DNA of 64,000 bases from Porphyridium purpureum (taxonomy: Eukaryota), in the NCBI GenBank assembly GCA_008690995.1, contig VRMN01000005.1:1-64000 (forward strand), in the 5' to 3' direction. The position numbers and the translations under genes are program-made. Numbering within the stretch: position 1 is the stretch's first letter; the number at the start of each line of letters is the position of its first letter. Shown here in pieces: positions 60,044 to 64,000 of the stretch. The notes under the pieces are model-generated. The model was not told where the DNA came from. It ran no database searches and saw only the letters and a list, made by a program, of their open reading frames with translations.

Positions 60044-61570
60044 TCAACTTTCCACACCGTCCTCCTCTCCTTCGCTGCTCTCAAACGCGGCGTCCGGCTC
60101 GGCTTTTGAAGTCTGTACGGGCCGAGCCTCGTCGAGAATGACAAATTCAAGGTGGAATGCAGGAGGCACGTGAACCAAGGCAATCAGGAGCGTGCCAAGT
60201 AGCGCGCCGATCCCTCCGGTGGCCAGCACGCTGACGATCCGCCCAGAAAACATTCTCAGGATCAGCGGGCTGAGCAGGCTGATGGCGACCTCGGGAATGC
60301 ATTGAGAGAGGTTGAATAGGCTGGTGAACACGCCTGTGCGTGTGCTGTGCTGTAAGCTCAGTGTCACAATGCTCCATGGAATGGTGAACGTCGAGCTCAA
60401 CGGAATGGACAAGAGCGCCGAGTTGACCAGCACGCCTGCCGGGCTGCTAACAAAGGGCGTGCTGATCAAAATGCAAGCTAGAAGCAGCTCGCACACGGCC
60501 CAGGTGCGACGAACACCCGCCAGTCGAATCACAGCGGGAAAGATGATGCTCAGCAGCATACTGAACACGCCCATCAGGCAAAGACCCAAGTTTGCTGTCC
60601 TAACACCGCGGTCAAACAGTTCGCGTTCCGGGCTACCCGGCAGCGCGTCGGCGCTTCCATGCGCTACCTCCTTCCCGCTCCAGTCCGTCCAGAAGATGAA
60701 GGTCGAGTACCACGCAAAGTAAGTCGCGGTCTGCACTAAACCTGCTCGCAAAATGTACGGAAACGCCGCGTCGCGCCAAATGGACACCTCGGGTCCGCTC
60801 CTTCCCTGTCTTGACAATAGAGCATTAGATGACGATGGCGACGACGACGACGACGACGACGCTGCGGTTCCCGAAATTCCGTTGATGGTCAGTGCTTGGA
60901 GCTCCTCCGTCCATTTGTTTCCACTGACATTCGGCAACTCGTCCAATGGCACTTCAACGGCCAAACTCACCGAAATGGCCACAAGAAGCGCGAACACAGC
61001 GGACGCAATGCCAAAGAGCAGGCTGTACCCGCTGAACGCAGATGCGCTATGCTGCACCAACAGTGGAGACGCGCCCAACCCGTACCCGACGCTTTTTCCG
61101 AGCCCGTTTCCGAATGCAAACAAGGCATTTGCCATAGGCTGCTCCGCAACTGGTACCGAATCGGCCACCAGCGCGCGCAGCGGACCCTGAATCATGTTGA
61201 TGGATCCGTCGAGCAGCCAGAAACTCGCAATCGCGACAGGCAGTTGCGCCGCCTCGGGCAGGCGCGGCGAGTTGGCGAACACGTTAAGCGCAAGCACCGT
61301 ACAGATTGCCCCGGCCACCATAAAAGGCCGACGCCGACCGAAGCGTGAGCGACACACATCCGACCACGACCCGATGAGCGGCTGCACCACAATCCCACTG
61401 ACTGGTCCGGCTAGCCACACGAGCGGAACGAGCTCGTCCGTCAGGCCCACGCTTCGCAGGAGAGGTGTCGCATATCCAATTTGAACCGCCCACACGGCTT
61501 GAACGCCACTGAACGCCAGCATTGGAAGAAACTTTTGGTACCATCGCGCAGGCCGCGCGGCGGATGACAT
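60044..61570 (-). CDS. SUC/SUT-SLC45 family (GPH/MFS) sugar:H+ symporter
   Basis: GVQ..WAVQ..Y.TP, VWLAGPVSGIVVQPLIG.WSD.C.SRFGRRRPF, FWLLD...N..QGP.RAL.AD, FN...CIPE. Confidence 0.92.
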   Translation of the reverse strand: MSSAARPARWYQKFLPMLAFSGVQAVWAVQIGYATPLLRSVGLTDELVPLVWLAGPVSGIVVQPLIGSWSDVCRSRFGRRRPFMVAGAICTVLALNVFANSPRLPEAAQLPVAIASFWLLDGSINMIQGPLRALVADSVPVAEQPMANALFAFGNGLGKSVGYGLGASPLLVQHSASAFSGYSLLFGIASAVFALLVAISVSLAVEVPLDELPNVSGNKWTEELQALTINGISGTAASSSSSSSPSSSNALLSRQGRSGPEVSIWRDAAFPYILRAGLVQTATYFAWYSTFIFWTDWSGKEVAHGSADALPGSPERELFDRGVRTANLGLCLMGVFSMLLSIIFPAVIRLAGVRRTWAVCELLLACILISTPFVSSPAGVLVNSALLSIPLSSTFTIPWSIVTLSLQHSTRTGVFTSLFNLSQCIPEVAISLLSPLILRMFSGRIVSVLATGGIGALLGTLLIALVHVPPAFHLEFVILDEARPVQTSKAEPDAAFESSEGEEDGVES

Positions 61571-62021
61571 GGTGGCGGACGTCCGTGGCTCCCGCCCTGC
61601 GTTGTCTTCTCAAACAGGGATGAAACAAAATGGAATTGTGCCCCTCGCGTTTCATGAGACCATTTTCAGGATTTGTCGAAACGCAATCGGACTCACGAGG
61701 AGAGGCAGGAGGCGGCGTTTGCGGAGTGTGACCAGCGTCCTACGATTGCAAGATGTGAGGACTGCTTTAGGAGCTTGCGACACGCACGAGTGCGAAAACA
61801 AGTCAGATCAAAAATAACAAGACAGTTCCTCATAACTCCCCAAGTTCCTCTACAGTTACTTTTCTTCATGTGCTACGTCGACACCGCGTCAAGGCGGTGT
61901 ATATCTCGCAGTCTTATGGGCACTGCATGCTTTGCGCTGTGCCGTCCCACACTGCCCAAAGAAATTCGTGCCCATGCGCCAATCTGTTGCCTTCATATTC
62001 AAACAGCCTCAAAAACCATAC

Positions 62022-62990
62022 TTAAAACTTGGCATCGATCACCTTCTTGATCTCGTCGTACATGACCAGCACCAGCGCACCGCCCGCACCACGCAGGACG
62101 TTCGACAGCGCGCCCTTGAAGAAAGCGTTGAGTCCTTCGTTCACATAGATCTTCTTCCAGCAGTCCATGGTGCCGTTGTACATCTTTTCCTTACCACCGG
62201 CCTGCATCATCAATCGACGACGCACGGTGTCAAACGGATACGAAATCACACCAGACAATGAGGTCACAACCTGGGCGACCACCCACTTGGCAAGCACGCT
62301 AGCAGACTTCTCATCCTCGAACAGCATACCCTTGGCAGTATCGTACAAGCCAAAGTACGCACCTCGGTACACGATGATGCCCTGCACCGACACACCAAAG
62401 CCCTGGTAGAGCGCCATCGGGCCGCCTCGCTTGACGGTCTTGCCCAGGCAGTCAAGGAGACCCGAGAACTCGCGCTCGTGAGACTTTCCAACGTCGGCGG
62501 CGAGGCGCGTTCGGGCAAAGTCAAGCGGGTACACAATGAGCAGCGACGCGGCACCGGCCGCGCCACCCGATGCAATATTTGTCAGGAAGAATTTGAACGA
62601 CTCGGTCTTTGGGTTGTACTTGGGGAACATCTTCTTGAAGGTATCCTTGAACGCAAAGTTGAAAGCCTGGGTGGGGAAGTAGCGGATCACGTTTGCGGTG
62701 TTTCCGCGCCAGAAGGACAAGAAGCCCTGCTCGGCCGACACGCGGGTGAAGCAGTTGGCGATGCCGGTGTATCTTGGAATCTCGCCCGACTTGATGCGCG
62801 GGTTTGCGTCCTGCGTCTGCAGCAGCAGCTTGACGCGCTCGATCGGCGCGACGAGCGTCTTGCTGATGCCTCCGGCCGTGCCTCCCGCCGCCAGATCCAT
62901 CAGGAACTTGGTTGTGTTGAACGGCTTCTTCTCCTCCGCCGGCGCCGCCGCGCGCATCGACGCCCCCATGCTTGCCACGAAGCCCGCCAT
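62022..62990 (-). CDS. AAC: Mitochondrial ADP/ATP carrier
   Basis: [53 protein letters not shown] signature. Confidence 0.98.
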   Translation of the reverse strand: MAGFVASMGASMRAAAPAEEKKPFNTTKFLMDLAAGGTAGGISKTLVAPIERVKLLLQTQDANPRIKSGEIPRYTGIANCFTRVSAEQGFLSFWRGNTANVIRYFPTQAFNFAFKDTFKKMFPKYNPKTESFKFFLTNIASGGAAGAASLLIVYPLDFARTRLAADVGKSHEREFSGLLDCLGKTVKRGGPMALYQGFGVSVQGIIVYRGAYFGLYDTAKGMLFEDEKSASVLAKWVVAQVVTSLSGVISYPFDTVRRRLMMQAGGKEKMYNGTMDCWKKIYVNEGLNAFFKGALSNVLRGAGGALVLVMYDEIKKVIDAKF

Positions 62991-63030
62991 CTCTTCTGAT
63001 CCTTCTCTCTCCCTAACCCCTACTCACAAC

Positions 63031-63057
63031 CCACACACACACACACACACACACACA
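63031..63057 (+). repeat. (CA)n microsatellite in AAC 5' region
   Basis: Read directly from the sequence. Confidence 0.85.
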
Positions 63058-63705
63058 ACCCCCTCCCTCCCTCTTCCCTTTCCCCCCCGTCCCTTAGTCT
63101 CCCCCACCGCGCGCCTAACACCTTACTCCTCACACGCCGTTTGTTTCCGTGCCCGTTTGCGCCGCACGCACGCACCGAAGCCAGCCGCCGGTTTTAATCC
63201 ACGCGCGGCAGTTCAAACGCCCGCCACAAACGTGTCGCTACTGGGCACGCCGCGCGCGTTTCCACCAAAAACACGCCATTTTAGTATAGCGCCTGCGCAC
63301 AGCACGGGACAAAAAAGGATTTAAAAAAAGAATGAAAAAAAGGAAACCGTCTCGCGGCCGACACGGTACACGCCGCACTGTGCGCATGTGCGCCGTGGCA
63401 GACAGTGCGCGCTGTGCATTTGGCGCTGTGATGCCGAAGCAGAGCAGGGGTGACACTCTGCTTGCCTGCACTGGTGTGGCATGTGGCGTATGTGTCGCAA
63501 CCGTTGTGATACTCATGATCGTCCGACGCTGTCCTCTCCATTCTTCAAAAGCTCTCTCACTCTCTCTCTGGACCACTCCACACCAGACGCACAGCGACGG
63601 TCCCTGCTCGGAGTAATTGCCGGACGCAACGCACTCGGCGATGACTCCTTTCAGTTCATGCAGTCTCGCGCGCGTCGCCGCGCTTCGGGAGGCGATGTAC
63701 GGTGC

Positions 63706-63999
63706 TTACATTGGAACCGACGCAGCTGATTGGAGAAAGGCTTCGAGCGCGTCGACGCATGACGGGAGCGACACACATGCCCCTGTGCGGTGCGTCACGT
63801 CAAACGCTGGTTGAAGAAGGTCCTGTTCAGCAACAAGCAAAGCGCCAGTACCGAGGCCGTGGAACGTGGTCTGCTTAACGCCCGACAACGGCAAGGTCGA
63901 TGGATACGGAGCGAACGCCGTATCGAGGACAGATGCGAACACGCTCTGCCACGCGAGACTCACACCGCTCTCGTAGCATGAGCTGAGAACGAGCTGGAC
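63706..63999 (-). CDS. 3' end of an o-succinylbenzoate synthase (MenC)-like CDS, 5' partial
   Basis: Frame is open from the window edge: VQLVLSSCYESGVSLAW..FAS and FHGLGT..L resemble the MenC/PHYLLO V.S..YESG.GL and HGLGT motifs. Confidence 0.55.
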   Translation of the reverse strand, partial: VQLVLSSCYESGVSLAWQSVFASVLDTAFAPYPSTLPLSGVKQTTFHGLGTGALLVAEQDLLQPAFDVTHRTGACVSLPSCVDALEAFLQSAASVPM

Positions 64000-64000
64000 A

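Noticed and set aside
1..64000. tRNA, rRNA or snoRNA genes
   Set aside because: None recognised by eye; small ncRNAs cannot be excluded without a covariance-model search.

Overview
Gene-dense, intron-poor eukaryotic nuclear DNA, most likely from a unicellular red alga such as Porphyridium. The assignment is inferred from a nuclear phycobilisome linker with an MAFV transit peptide, a glucan water dikinase-like gene, a DUF3285 gene and the GC-rich, largely intronless genes. About 30 host genes flank a 10.9-kb nested LTR-retrotransposon block (19351-30216). The inner element (23336-28796) is an intact Ty3/Gypsy with 293-bp TG..CA LTRs, a TGTTG TSD and heat-shock-element arrays in its LTRs. The outer element (5400 bp once the insert is removed) is the main finding. 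Its pol has Ty1/Copia order and motifs (IN-RT-RNaseH), but its Gag, protease, -1 frameshift signal and PBS are Gypsy-type and visibly homologous to those of the Gypsy sitting inside it. Its identical 302-bp LTRs end in non-canonical CG...CG termini, fixed by a perfect GCAAA TSD, and its integrase is atypical. All protein calls come from motif recognition by eye; no searches were run.
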